Assembly: GCF_009914755.1 (NCBI RefSeq)
Contig: NC_060930.1
Length of the DNA: 64,000 nucleotides
From: the human T2T-CHM13v2.0 reference genome, Homo sapiens
Strand: one strand, 5' to 3'
Below are positions 14,825-27,547 of this stretch, piece after piece; position 1 is the stretch's first letter; every line of letters starts with the position of its first letter. Both the position numbers and the translations under genes were made by a program. Under the pieces are notes generated by a model. It was not told the origin of the DNA, did no database searches, and saw nothing but the letters and a program-made list of their open reading frames with translations.

Positions 14825-15190
14825 GATGGAATACTACTCAGCCATAAAAAGGAATGAATTAACAGCATTTGCAATGACCTGGATGAGATTGGAGACTATT
14901 ATTCTAAGTGAAGGAACTCAGGAATGGAAAACTCAATATTACATGTTCTCACTGATATGTGGGAGCTAAGCTATGAGGATGCAAAGGCATAAGAATGACA
15001 CAATGGACTTTGGGGACTTGGGGAAAGAGTGGGAGGGGGACGAGGGATAAAAGGCAACAAATATGGTGTAGTGTATCCTGCTCGGGTGATGGGTGCACCA
15101 GGATCTCACAGATCACCACTAAATAACTTACTCATGTAACCAAATACCACCTGTACCCCAATAACTTATGGAAAAATAAAATAATAATGA
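14263..15190 (+). mobile_element. L1PB1-like element with 5' inversion
   Basis: 14263-14350 is antisense L1 and 14351-15190 is sense ORF2 end plus 3'UTR; TSD AGAAAAGCAGATT/AGAAAAGCTGATT; internal (TCTG)n near 14785-14822. Confidence 0.9.
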
Positions 15191-15251
15191 AAGAAAAGCT
15201 GATTCTTTGAAAGGATCTTTTCCCAATCTACTTTTCAAACCCCAGACTTCT

Positions 15252-15330
15252 TTGTTTTTTGCAAAGTGAAAGCAAGTTTATTAAGAAAGTAAAGGAATAA
15301 AAGAATGGCTACTCCATAGACAGAGCAGCC
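15252..15330 (-). mobile_element. Polyadenylated retrocopy of a MER41-type LTR R region
   Basis: Minus strand GGCTGCTCTGTCTATGGAGTAGCCATTCTTTTATTCCTTTACTTTCTTAATAAACTTGCTTTCACTTTGC plus A tail; 17-bp TSD TCAA(A/G)CCCCAGACTTCT. Confidence 0.8.
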
Positions 15331-15845
15331 TCAAGCCCCAGACTTCTAATAAACATTCCCATTCATTCTTTGTCTTTGTCAAAATGGACATCTTTCTGTC
15401 TCTGACCTTTTCTATTTCATTATTTCTGCTTCATACTCTTTTGAAATGCCCTTACCCTGGCTGTCAAAATCTTACTCAGTCTTTAGGGACAAAATAAATG
15501 CCACCTTTTCCAGGAAATTTGTTGAGGTTCAAGTCAGAATTCATTATGCTCTCCTTCACTAGAATTAAGCTTTATGTTGTTCTTTTTGGTTAATATTTAT
15601 CACATTATTTTTTATAGTTAGTTGAATAAATGTGTTTTATCTAATAGATTATAAATTGCTTGCAGGAGCATTATATTTTAGACTTGAATTTTACCATTAA
15701 CATCTATTATTATGGTGTCTTTCTTTTAGAAAAGACTCAATTAATATTTATTAAGTAGCATTATAATTATTTTTAGTGACTCTTGGCATAACACAAATTT
15801 TCTCAACTTTTAATTTTTATTAATAAAAGGAACTAATGAGAATTT

Positions 15846-15880
15846 TACACTTGATCTTAGCCAAAAGGCCGAAAAGCGAT
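15846..15880 (-). pseudogene. 3'-truncated, tailless U2 snRNA retropseudogene (nt 1-35)
   Basis: Reverse complement ATCGCTTTTCGGCCTTTTGGCTAAGATCAAGTGTA equals the U2 5' end with 1 mismatch; flanked by the direct repeat GAGAATTTTA. Confidence 0.92.
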
Positions 15881-16203
15881 GAGAATTTTAGAATATCTGC
15901 ATTGCATAGAAAGTTTGAAAAAATACAGAGGATAATAAAAAAGTATCATTGTTAAATAAATATTTGTATAAACAGGGTGTCTCAAAAGGCTTAGTACAAT
16001 TTTAAGTTTTAATATTCTCATATATGTAAATGCTACAAATTAACAAAAGCATTACTTAAAAGTATGGTTATTTAAATCTCTTTAGATTATTAATTTGGTG
16101 AATATAGAATGATAAACTTCAATGTATGTTTTCAGTTCCTCTAATTAAGGAGAGCAAACATTAATTGAAGTAAAAAAATTAAAATTAAAAATATGTTATT
16201 TGC

Positions 16204-16635
<432 letters not shown>

Positions 16636-16649
16636 TTATTTGCCCCAGT

Positions 16650-17385
16650 AACAACAAGAACACCCAATATTCAGATCAGAATCTAATACTACTATCCAAT
16701 AAAAAGAACCAGGGATCGAGGTAGAAATGAAATGACTGTTTCTAAGGCAGGAATAAGGAATATACCAGATAAGCTTGGAGCTTCTTGTAGTACCGGGAGA
16801 TAGGGATGTACTAAAATAAAACCCAGTGATGGAGTGGGGTCAGGAGCATGTCAAAGAGACACAGAAGCCAATTGCAGAGCTCCCAATGGCCAAAGATGAA
16901 CAACTTTGAGCAAGAAAATGAATATCATATCCAAAGTATAAAATAAATATTTATCATGCAAAAGAATTTCAGTTAATTTATGTGGATAGTCACCCCTCAA
17001 GAAAGTGGAGCATAAACTTCTCCTCCCGTAAGTGTGGGCTGTCTATAGTGATATCTTCCAAAGAGAGAGGTAAGGAAAGGGAAGAGGGGCAGGTAGTAAC
17101 TTTACAGTGGAGAAACCTGACAAACACTACTTCAGTGACATGGTTGGATGGGATCCTGGAAAAGAAAAAGGAAATTAGGGAAAAAATAAGGAAATCTAAA
17201 TACACTATGGACCCTAAGTAATAACAATGTATCAATATTGCTTCATCAGTGGTAACAAATATTCCGTACTAATTTAAGTTTCTAATATGGGACACTGGCT
17301 GTAGGGTATTCAGAATTCTCTGTATTAGTTTTGCAATTTTTCTGTAAATCTGAAGCTATTCTAAAATTAAACATTTGCTAAAAAA
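16650..17385 (+). mobile_element. Old L1M (L1MC/MD-like) 3' region
   Basis: GAGCTCCCAATGGCCAAAG, GGATGGGATCCTGGAA and TTGCAATTTTTCTGTAAATCTGAA motifs. Confidence 0.7.
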
Positions 17386-18021
17386 TAAGAGGGTATTATA
17401 AAAATTACCAAAAAATGATAATTTAGACGAAGTGGACAATTCCTGGAAAAATACAAAGACTGCTTGCCTAACAAAAGCAACAACAAATGTATAATTCAAA
17501 ATTCACAAAACTACAAAAAGTAAAATAAATAGTCATTTAAAAATGTAAAAACAATTGGTAGTACCTATTCTTCTGGGGCTATTAAAGCATAAAATTGCCT
17601 ACAGACTTCTGTGGGTAATTTGTATTTATGTGCCCATAAACATATTAATAATATGAAAATGGCATAAAAATAAATATAGTTATGATAACGATGTATAATA
17701 CATTTATTGGTTTATTGTTTTTTCCTTTAATATTTTCTCATGAACCCTATTCAATTGTACATTTCTCACAACAATTTAAAACAATGACAAGACTTCATTT
17801 TATTTGTTGATATTTTTATTCATTGTTAAATATTTAGAGTAACTATTTTTAAAATAATTTTGATAAAGTTTTCATAAATGTAATGATTCCCATCAATGAC
17901 TTACTATTACCATTGTAGTGGTACTACAGTGTGTGGTCATTTCAGGTTTGTGATGCACATTGACAGCTTGTTTCCTGATGTTGTCCCAACTACATTCCTA
18001 CTGGCAGAATATGAGTGAGCC

Positions 18022-18115
18022 AGTAGGGCAGGGTAAAAAATGCTCCTCACAGCTTGCAGTGAGCCGAGATCCCGCCACTGCACTCCAGCCTGGGCGACAG
18101 AGCGAGACTCCGTCT

Positions 18116-18150
<35 letters not shown>

Positions 18151-18490
18151 CTCCTCACCCTAAAGATACATATGTCCTAATTCCTAGAATCTGTCACTGT
18201 CACCTTTTGTGGAAAAATGGTCTTTACAGGTGTGATTAAGTCAACAATCTTGAGATGAGAAGATTATCCTACATTATACATGTGCTCACTAAAATAATCA
18301 CAAGCTTCCTTACAAGAGGGAGGTAGAGGGAGACTTGACTTCAGACAGAAAAGGAGAAGGCAGTGTGACACAGAGGCAGAGACTGGAGTGATGTAGCCAC
18401 AAGCCAAGCAATGTCGGCAGCTGACAAAAGATGGAAAGGGCGAGAATGAATTCTTTGCTAGAACCTCCAGCGCAAGTGTGTCCCTGCTCA
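18022..18490 (+). mobile_element. MLT1 (C/D-like) MaLR LTR, interrupted by an Alu fragment
   Basis: GTGTGATTAAG...CTTGAGATG...AGATTATCCT and GAGACTGGAGTGATG...CACAAGCCAAG motifs. Confidence 0.8.
18051..18148 (+). mobile_element. 5'-truncated AluYa5-like insertion (66 bp plus A32)
   Basis: Diagnostic GAGATCCCGCCACTG; all CpGs intact; pure A tail; perfect 16-bp TSD AAAAAATGCTCCTCAC. Confidence 0.88.
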
Positions 18491-20782
18491 AAAGACATCA
18501 TTTTTCAGAGAGTTTACTTGTCATGATATTAAGTTTATCCATACATTTATGAAGAACTGACATCTTGACATGCTATGTCCCAATTTATTCAAACTTCCTT
18601 TCTTCTGAATCTATTTATAACATAGATAAGCGGATGCAGTAAGCCCAGGAAAAGCTAAAAATAAAGAAGTAATTTTAAAAAATAAGCAGGTTTGTGATGT
18701 TCTGATTTGGGAGGGATAGCCAGAGCTCAGTGAGATGAGAAAATCTTGGTAAAGAGAAATAGCCCTACGTAAGAAACTATGAAGTGCTGATGAGGACATT
18801 GGAACAGAATTGTAGTGGGAAATGCCTGGTCTTCCAGAGATGCAGGGTCACTGGTATTAGGAGTATCTCTCAGCAAATTTATAAACATTTATTAAAATAA
18901 AAATAAATCCATAAAAATGCATCTACTTCAGATGAAAATATTGGAAAAAGGGGGTGTGGGAGAAAAAAATGATTGATTGGCTTCTTACATCAAAGTTTAT
19001 GAGCCTTAAGGGAACCAGTGTTGGGAGAATTGCAAGAGGGTGGCCTAGATCAAAGGGAGATTTGTTTTTATCCGTCAGTGACCTGGCGAAGAAATACTAA
19101 TTACGACCATGAAGTAACTCCATGGTATATCTTGTGGCCCTGTGACTGTTTTTGAGAAGAGAAAGGAGGGCAGGGCAGCTGGCAAGGAGATTAAAGTCAG
19201 TAGAAAATAATAAATTGAATTTGTGAACTTTCTGAAAGTTAAATGAGAATAGAACAAAATGATTTTGCAATAATGGTTACAAAATGTCCTATAAATTAAA
19301 CAGCAAAGTCACCATATTCCTTTCCTAGAAGAAGAAGTGCGAACACAAGGGTCTGGGGATAGGTAATTACAGTAAACACATGTGAATGATGCAGGGTTAA
19401 ACTTTATTTATTTATTTATTTTTTAAATCTTACACCCCAAAAGGAAATGAAGTTTGCTGAGAATCAGTTGAAACTGGCAGAGCTCTGGCACTTTGGAGAT
19501 CATTAATGGCCATCTCCCAGCTTACAACACCCTCTGATCTGATGATGCTGCCCAAGCTGTGCCCAGGAGAGCAATGCTTTTAGTTTCTTTCAGCCTAATT
19601 ATGAAGGTGCCTGGCCCATGCAGTGAAGTAATATAATGGATAATAAAGCTCCCCGAGAGTCCTGATATAAGTATAGTGCAACAAGTCGAATGAACTAATG
19701 AAAACCTGGGAAGCTTCACGAACAAAACCCTGAAAAGCTAATGTCTAAGGCAATGAGAAGGAATGCACTGTGATGCGTGCATGCCAAAACCACAATTCTA
19801 AAGGATGGAGGAGCTCAGGACTGACCTTCTATGAGAGACAAGACTACTGAATTATTTACACTGCAGGAATGCACCAGGAAATGATTTCATCCATCAAGGA
19901 GTATGTTTCTGGTGATCACTTTATTGGTCCAGGTAGAAATAGTTGGATATTCACACCCACAGAATAGTGATCAACCAACCAGAAAACAGAAAGGGTGGAT
20001 GAACCTCCCTAATTCATCACGAGGGCATGTTTCAGACTTTGGAGATGAAAAGTTGGAGCAAGGTAGAAAGTTGTGTTTATTAGAACACGAAGCTGCATCA
20101 GGCTTCCTACTGTCACTCAGACGCTAGATGGGGAGCTTCCTTACTCTTCACTGCTAAGACTGATTCAAACCCTTTATTTCAAAGCGTATGCTCAAGATTT
20201 CTCGAGGAGTTCACATGGTTTCCTCTGCTGCTTGGGTATCTGAGTGTAAAATGATGCACCTATGCACTTAGGTGATGCTGTACGTAGCACACCTACCCAG
20301 AAATGAAACAAATCCCCACCTGTTTTCAAAGGTAAACAGGAGATTCTCTCATTCTGTCTCTCTCTCTCATGCTTACCCTTGCTCTCACTCCCTGTCTCCT
20401 CTCTTTCTCTCTTACGCAAACATAAACACATACACACACACACACACAAACCTGTGTACACAAACCTGCTTTATTTTAATAATCATGATTGAAGAGCTGG
20501 GGAGCATTAGCAAATGATCACACCGCACAGAACTCTGCAGGAAGCAAGGTAAAAATGTCAGTGAGACATCCATGTTTTCTGAGCCATCCTCCTCCTGATT
20601 TTGAGGTTCCTAATTTAGCCTTTCTCCCAGTCAGCACCCAGGATCATCTTTACCCTTCATGTCCCTACAGCTCTGGATTGTCCTTGATGAACAATTAACC
20701 CTCTCTTGCTCTTAAAACTGAAACATATAAACTACCAGGTGCTTAGCAGACTACAGTTCTTTCCAATTAGAATTCACATTTT

Positions 20783-21078
20783 AGCCAGGCGTGGTGGCTC
20801 ACGCCTGTCATCCCAGAATTTTGGGAGACTGAGGCAGGCGGATTACTTGAGGTCAGGAGGTCGAGACCAGCCTGGCCAACGTGGTGAAACCCCATCTCTG
20901 CTAAAAATACAAAAATTAGTCTGGTGTGGTGGTGCATGCCTGTAATCCCATCTACTCGTGAGGCTGAGGCAGGAGAATCCTTGAACCCAGGAGGCGGAGA
21001 CTGCAGTGAGCTGAGATTGAGCCACTGCACTCCAGCCTGAGCAACACAGCAAGACTCCACCTCAATAATAATAAAAAA
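20783..21078 (+). mobile_element. AluSx-like
   Basis: Complete sense Alu; TSD AATTCACATTT/AATTCACACTT. Confidence 0.93.
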
Positions 21079-21099
21079 ATTCACACTTTATTTTTTTCC

Positions 21100-22000
21100 G
21101 TAAATATCTATTAGGTGTCATTCTGTGCCAGTCACTATGATAAGTATAGGGGAAATAGAAAGATCAAGTTGCAATTTCCATTTGTAATGATCTTAGAATG
21201 TGTTGCAAAGAAATAGAAGAAACAATTAAAATACAATGGAAAATTTTCTAAGGTGTGGAGAGGTCTTGCGGGAAGAAAACCTGAGTTGACCCAGTGAATT
21301 GTAGATAATCTTGCACATGAAGAGCCATCTAAACTTTGGCTTTGGGTGAGTAGCAGTTTCCCTGGTGCTCAACGGGAGAAGAACTTTCCATATAGAGGGA
21401 AGACCAGAAAGCAATGGCAAAAAAAAAAAAAAAAAGAAAAAAGAAAGTACTAGAGAGAAAAATATGGCAAGAGGCAGAGTTTGATGTGAACTATGAGGCT
21501 ATTAGAAGTCAGAAGAGAAGAAGTTTGAATTGCAACCTTTAAGGCCTTGCAGAATATTGAAAAATATCAAGCCTGAAAGTTGCATAATCAGATACACATC
21601 TAACAGACATCACTCTATGGTCATTGAAGGAAGTCTGTAGATAGGACTAGAAAGAAGGGGAATGAGTGTAGAGAGGCAGGAGCACAGTTAGGTATTTGTT
21701 CCAGTAATTCAAGCAAGAAATAGAAGAGACCAGGAATAAGGAAGAGTGAGTTGAGATGAGACTGGGTGGTATATGAAATATTTTAGGAGACCGATGTTTT
21801 GTGTTATTTTTTAATAAATGAAAAGACAAGAGGAAGAAGCTAGGAAAATTCTTAGATTTCTGACGTCAGTAACAGGATTGAGAGTGGTCCTGGCCACCAA
21901 TCCGGGAAATTTAAGAGTGAAATTAGACTTAAAGTGCTGAGAAGGGAATGAGTGTGGTTTTGCAAATTTGAGTTTGAACTATCCGTGCAGATGACTAGAA
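21100..22000 (-). mobile_element. Degenerate L2 fragments
   Basis: TGTGCCAGTCACT, GAGGCAGGAG...TTAGG...CCAGTAATTCAAGCAAGA and TTGAGTTTGA motifs. Confidence 0.5.
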
Positions 22001-22249
22001 ACAAGGTGACATTTGTTACTTCCTAAGATTTAAAATCTAATTCATCCAAGGTTACATGTCATTTAATGGTGGGACTCAAAACCTGCTCTCCCTTACCCTA
22101 AATTTGTGATTGGTGCATTATTACTGAGTACGACTTCTAGCTTTGTGTATCTGTCTATAGGTGCAATAATGTGCATGGACAGTCACATTTGTTATATCAA
22201 GTTCACCTCTGATTTCTGTAAAAAGACTACCAAATGGTGGGTTCAGACA

Positions 22250-22348
22250 TCAGTGATGAAGCAAGGATGAGCTAACTGGCTTCGGATAACAGTGAACCTG
22301 TGACCTTGACTTCATAAACTCCATTTCTAATAAGCCAAACTGAGACCA
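22250..22348 (-). mobile_element. Ancient tRNA-derived SINE head (MamSINE1-like)
   Basis: GCTAACTGGC...GAACCTGTGACCTTGACTTCAT...TCTAA resembles a reverse-complement tRNA-Ile-like head. Confidence 0.4.
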
Positions 22349-23759
22349 CTGACAGGTGTCATGTAATATATGAGAAAGAGCAATTCATTCGAAGGAAGAA
22401 ACTGAGACCTAGGTTCTGGATTTCAACATGTTTTTAAGAGATGAAGACAGAGAAGGCAGGAAACTCCCTAGAATTCCATTGCCTTGTAAAGCTGAATCGA
22501 ACAGAATATTCCAAGTAAGACTAACACAATGTCTGTCCTCTCCAATAAGAAGAAAAGTTGTCAATGTAAAGTGTAGTATTCTCTGTTTACCTGTGTGTGT
22601 GATAACATTTTATTTAGAGATACACTTGATGCTAAAGAAAACTAACCATGGGTTCTGGTGAAAGACCAAGTATTTCTGAATGTTACCAGAGGTCTCTCAA
22701 TTTGTTGCTGAAGCTGGATTTAGAATAGAAGGACTTGTTCTAGAATATTTACATCATGTATGTAAAAAAGACTCAGTTGAAGGAGCTAATGGCGAAAAGA
22801 TTTAGAGCTTCACTCTGATACCTCCCAGCCCTCCACATGCCTGATTTGCTCCCTTAGCTGCTCCTTGGAGTACAAACCTGGAATTAGACTTTAGCATTTC
22901 AATGCAGTCGCTTCTTTGTCTCTGACGAGTAACTCACTGATGAACTCATCCACTTCCCTTATTCTCCTCATGAGACAAAATTTCATACTAGACAAAAGGG
23001 CATTATCCTTTGTATTTTTCTTTTTTTATTAAGGAAAACACTATGACCTATTTTTAAAGTCCCACTTCAAATATAATATATTTTTACAAATCTTTCAAAC
23101 AGATGAGATTTTGCTCAGCTCCAAAACTCTGAGTTTGCTTTTTTTAAAAAACACAGTTGTCTGTCAATATATTTCATCATGCCTCTCCTTTTGGAGTGCA
23201 AGCTCCATGAAACCAGAAAATGGATTTCATTCATTTTCATATGCGCTGCGGTAGTCAGCTTATTGTTTTTATGGAATAAATAATGCTACTTGTTCATTTA
23301 AAGCACATTAAATTCTCCTTTAAAGTAGGGATAAGGAGCAGGGGGTAATTATTCATTTAACTTTAGTTACCTCATTTACAAAATAGAAACAATTCCCATT
23401 TAGGCAGGGCTGGACGAGAGACGGGCTGAAAATATGTGAAAGGGCTTTGTGTAATAAAGAGAACCACGCATATCTAATAAATTGTTATTTAATCATACAG
23501 CTTTTCTAGTTATGTCATCATATAGGAAATGAAGTACAAATGAATCTCCACGTCTTTAATTCTCAATGAACTTATTTTTATGAATCATAAAACCTGAAAC
23601 AATTACCCAATATGGCTTTAAGAATCACAGAAATTTACTTGACAGAGTACTAAATTGAGTCAGAAGACTATGTGGCCAAATACGTAAGAAAAAAATGTTG
23701 CAGTGGCCTACAATTAGAACATGGATACAAATATGCTTTTATTATTATTTTTAAAAAAT

Positions 23760-23991
23760 TTTCTTTTTTAGAGATGGTGTCTCATTCTGTTGCCCAAGCT
23801 GAAGTGCAGTGACTCGATCACAGCTCACTGCAGCCTTGAACTCCAGGGCTCAAGAAATCCTCCCATATTAGCCTCCCGAGCAGTTGGGAGTACAGGCAAG
23901 AAAGATGGGATCTTGCCGTCTTGCCAAGGCTGGTCTTGAACTCCTGAGCTTAAGTGATCCTCGCCTTGACCTCCCAAAGTGCTAGGTATTA
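23760..23991 (-). mobile_element. AluJ with internal deletion
   Basis: J-type CAGCTCACTGCAGCCTTGAACTCC; linker region missing. Confidence 0.85.
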
Positions 23992-24675
23992 TTCCTTTAA
24001 AACCAACTTTGATAAATGACTTTTTGCTAAAAATTATATTTTCTTAAAAATATTAAATGCTAGGCTTCCCCACAGGGTTCTAAATGCTACCGTATATAAT
24101 TTTATCTAGTAAATACAAGTAAGATGACTGTTTCAATGTATAATTTTTATTGGACTGAACACTCTGTCTAGTTCTTCCAATTCCTTCTCTAAGGTTTGTA
24201 GAATTATTTCAGCACAATATAGCAAAAGCCTATCCAAGAGTTTTAGAGTTCTCACTACCTCTGCCAATATTATGAAAAGAAAATGTTTCAAGAGATTATT
24301 TAACAGAACCTTTTTAAAATATTTTAAAATGTATCTTGCTATATTGCCTACATATAAGTACATAATCTTGGGCAAATATTTTATGTTATGCTCATCTTTC
24401 TTATTATATTACTATCATCTTTGAAAGGATATTATATGGTTATATTATATAAATAAATGGCCATTTTACATTAAATAAGTTAGGTAGAGAAACAAGAACT
24501 ACAGCTGGATGTAAATACCTGTTGATTTTGTTAATCATATACTTTCAAGAAGTTTGGGTAGATTAATTTTTTCCAAGAGCTGGAATAAAAAGTGTTGTCA
24601 TCCAGACACTCATGAACTATTTATACATCATCCCTAACTAATGAAATGAACTGCATAGTTAAAATGTTGTCTACC

Positions 24676-24983
<308 letters not shown>

Positions 24984-27235
24984 TCAACATTTGACTTATG
25001 TTTAACTATCTATGATGATAATATTTCTAAAATAGAGTACATATACATTTAAATTCAACCATGAACAGTCCTTATGGGACGGACACTAGGCTGGGTTGTG
25101 TGATGCAATGGTAACTAAAATGGCAATTTGCCCTCTAGGAACACAGGCCTAATGTGTTTATATCTTCTTAGAAGGCTATGTTTTGTTGTTTTATTTTTTG
25201 AGACCCAGGTCCATCATTAAGAGCATGATTGAACCAAGCAGCAACATATGAATTATTGGCTCAATACCTGTGAGGCCTGGAGCAAGATCTTAAATATCTT
25301 AAAGATAGCTGCCTCCAGGGCCTTGAGCACAGACATTAAACCACTGTCTCCATTCTCTGGCTTTGCTTGGCTCCATTCCCCATGCAAGCTGTCTACGCCT
25401 GGCAGACAAAGCAACAACCACAGGCTCACATCCTCCTAGATTAGCCACTCCAGCAAGAATTGGAAGTCTTGCTCCTGACACTTATGGATCAATCCCAGAA
25501 ATTTCCCTCTACATGAATTACTTGTCTTTGTATAAAGCAATTATTGCAGTTGGGGCCTACCCTTGTAGGGGAGTAGAAAATAGTCTGAGAAACTCAATCA
25601 CAACCACATGGGGTTGGAGAATAATTTCTGAAAGGAGCAAGAAGAAAGAGGTTCTGAAAGCAAGCTGGGCAATAAAGCATCCCAAACTTGCCTGACCCTC
25701 TTTGGAAGCCAAGAGGTGAAACCCAGCAGACAGTGAGTTACTCTTTACTAAGTCAAGAGGTTTAATAGACTTGCATTTCTTTATATCTTACATTTTTACA
25801 CCTTAAATTAAGAGCAGCAAAAGTCTTAACAAAATTCACAGCAGAACCCCCAAGCAGAGGCCCAGGTCATTTGGAGCCAGTTATTTCTTCTCTATTGCCC
25901 CCTCCCTTCTGTGTCTCTGGGAATGTCCAATCCCATACCTCAGAGCCTGGCGTGGACCTTCCCACATCCACTGTCTTTCCACCAACACTTCCCCATTGTG
26001 ATTTTCATTGTCTGGCATTGCCCTGATGCTATGGGCCATCATCTTACTTGAGCTTGTCAACATTGAGAAAAAGGATTTTCTAAACTGAATGATTTCTTGG
26101 AATTAAACTTGAGTGTCTACATTTCCTTGAACTCAGCTAAAATGGATTGTAATCTCCATTTCACACGCCAGGGGACACGTTCAGCTTTAGCCCTGGTTTC
26201 CCAACCCTACTTTTTCATTGCTTTTTTCTTCAAATTTAGTTCCTCGTTTGTTCTTGGCATAATTTTCATGTGGCGTCATATGTTAGAAGAAGCATTAACG
26301 TCGGCTTCAACCCATCTAACTCTAGTGAAAGTCCAGTGTCTACTTTTTATTATTTCTGTTTCTTCCTTCAGCATTCATACCTGTCTCTTTTGCATCTCCT
26401 GTTATTAGCGTGTTTTTCTCTAGAATTTTCTGCTCTGCCTTTGCTACTTGTAGTATCTGGTAGACCTGAATACCAACAATCAAGAGTATTAATATAGTAA
26501 CAAATTTCAGCTTTGTATACAAATACTTGTGAGTTAACACTGCAGTCAGGCAGGTAGGAATTTCTGGAGAATTATTCTCTCAAGGAGGAGGAGGAAAACC
26601 CTATAATTGGCTTTGTTTCAGACAGTCTCTGAGGACTCCATGATTTATAAAGTCATGCATATGCATTTTCTTTAAGCTCTGGTGACTGCTAAATTACTCT
26701 TGAATTTAATCTGTCTTCCAGCCTAGCTCTTATCTTCTAGGATTCTGAGGAACTAGCTGGTCATCAGTAAACTTGGTGAGTAGCTTGCTAATGTGTCCCA
26801 TGGATTCTGGGTCACCAAATTTGTCTTGGGTTATGGTCTTGCTCTGCTTTTCTCAGTGTCCAGAGAACTGTTTGCTATGAAGATATTTCTCCTCAGACCA
26901 TTGCGGGCCATACTGTTTTTTAGTGGGTCACAGCCAGAAACTTGACGTTAGGAAGGTACGACTACAGACTTTTCTTGATTCCCTATTGCCACAGACTGGT
27001 AGTAACAAAAGAAACTCAAATTACCCAAAGGATGATATAGCATATCCTTTTCCAGAAATAAAAAAGTAAAAATAATGGTTAAATATCACCTTCTACTAAA
27101 GAATTTGATTGCCAGAATTTTAGAACATTGTGCTATTGGTATACAGTATTTTCATTTCTCTTGAAGTAGTATTTGTGTATACAGAAATGTGGTACTTAAA
27201 AATAAAGTTTAATTTAATTATTAAATATTATTTAA

Positions 27236-27547
<312 letters not shown>

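Noticed and set aside
15846-15880. Functional U2 snRNA gene
   Set aside because: Only 35 nt; no Sm site, downstream stems or snRNA promoter; flanked by a TSD.
26211-26330. Minus-strand coding exon
   Set aside because: All three frames contain stops between the candidate acceptor and donor.
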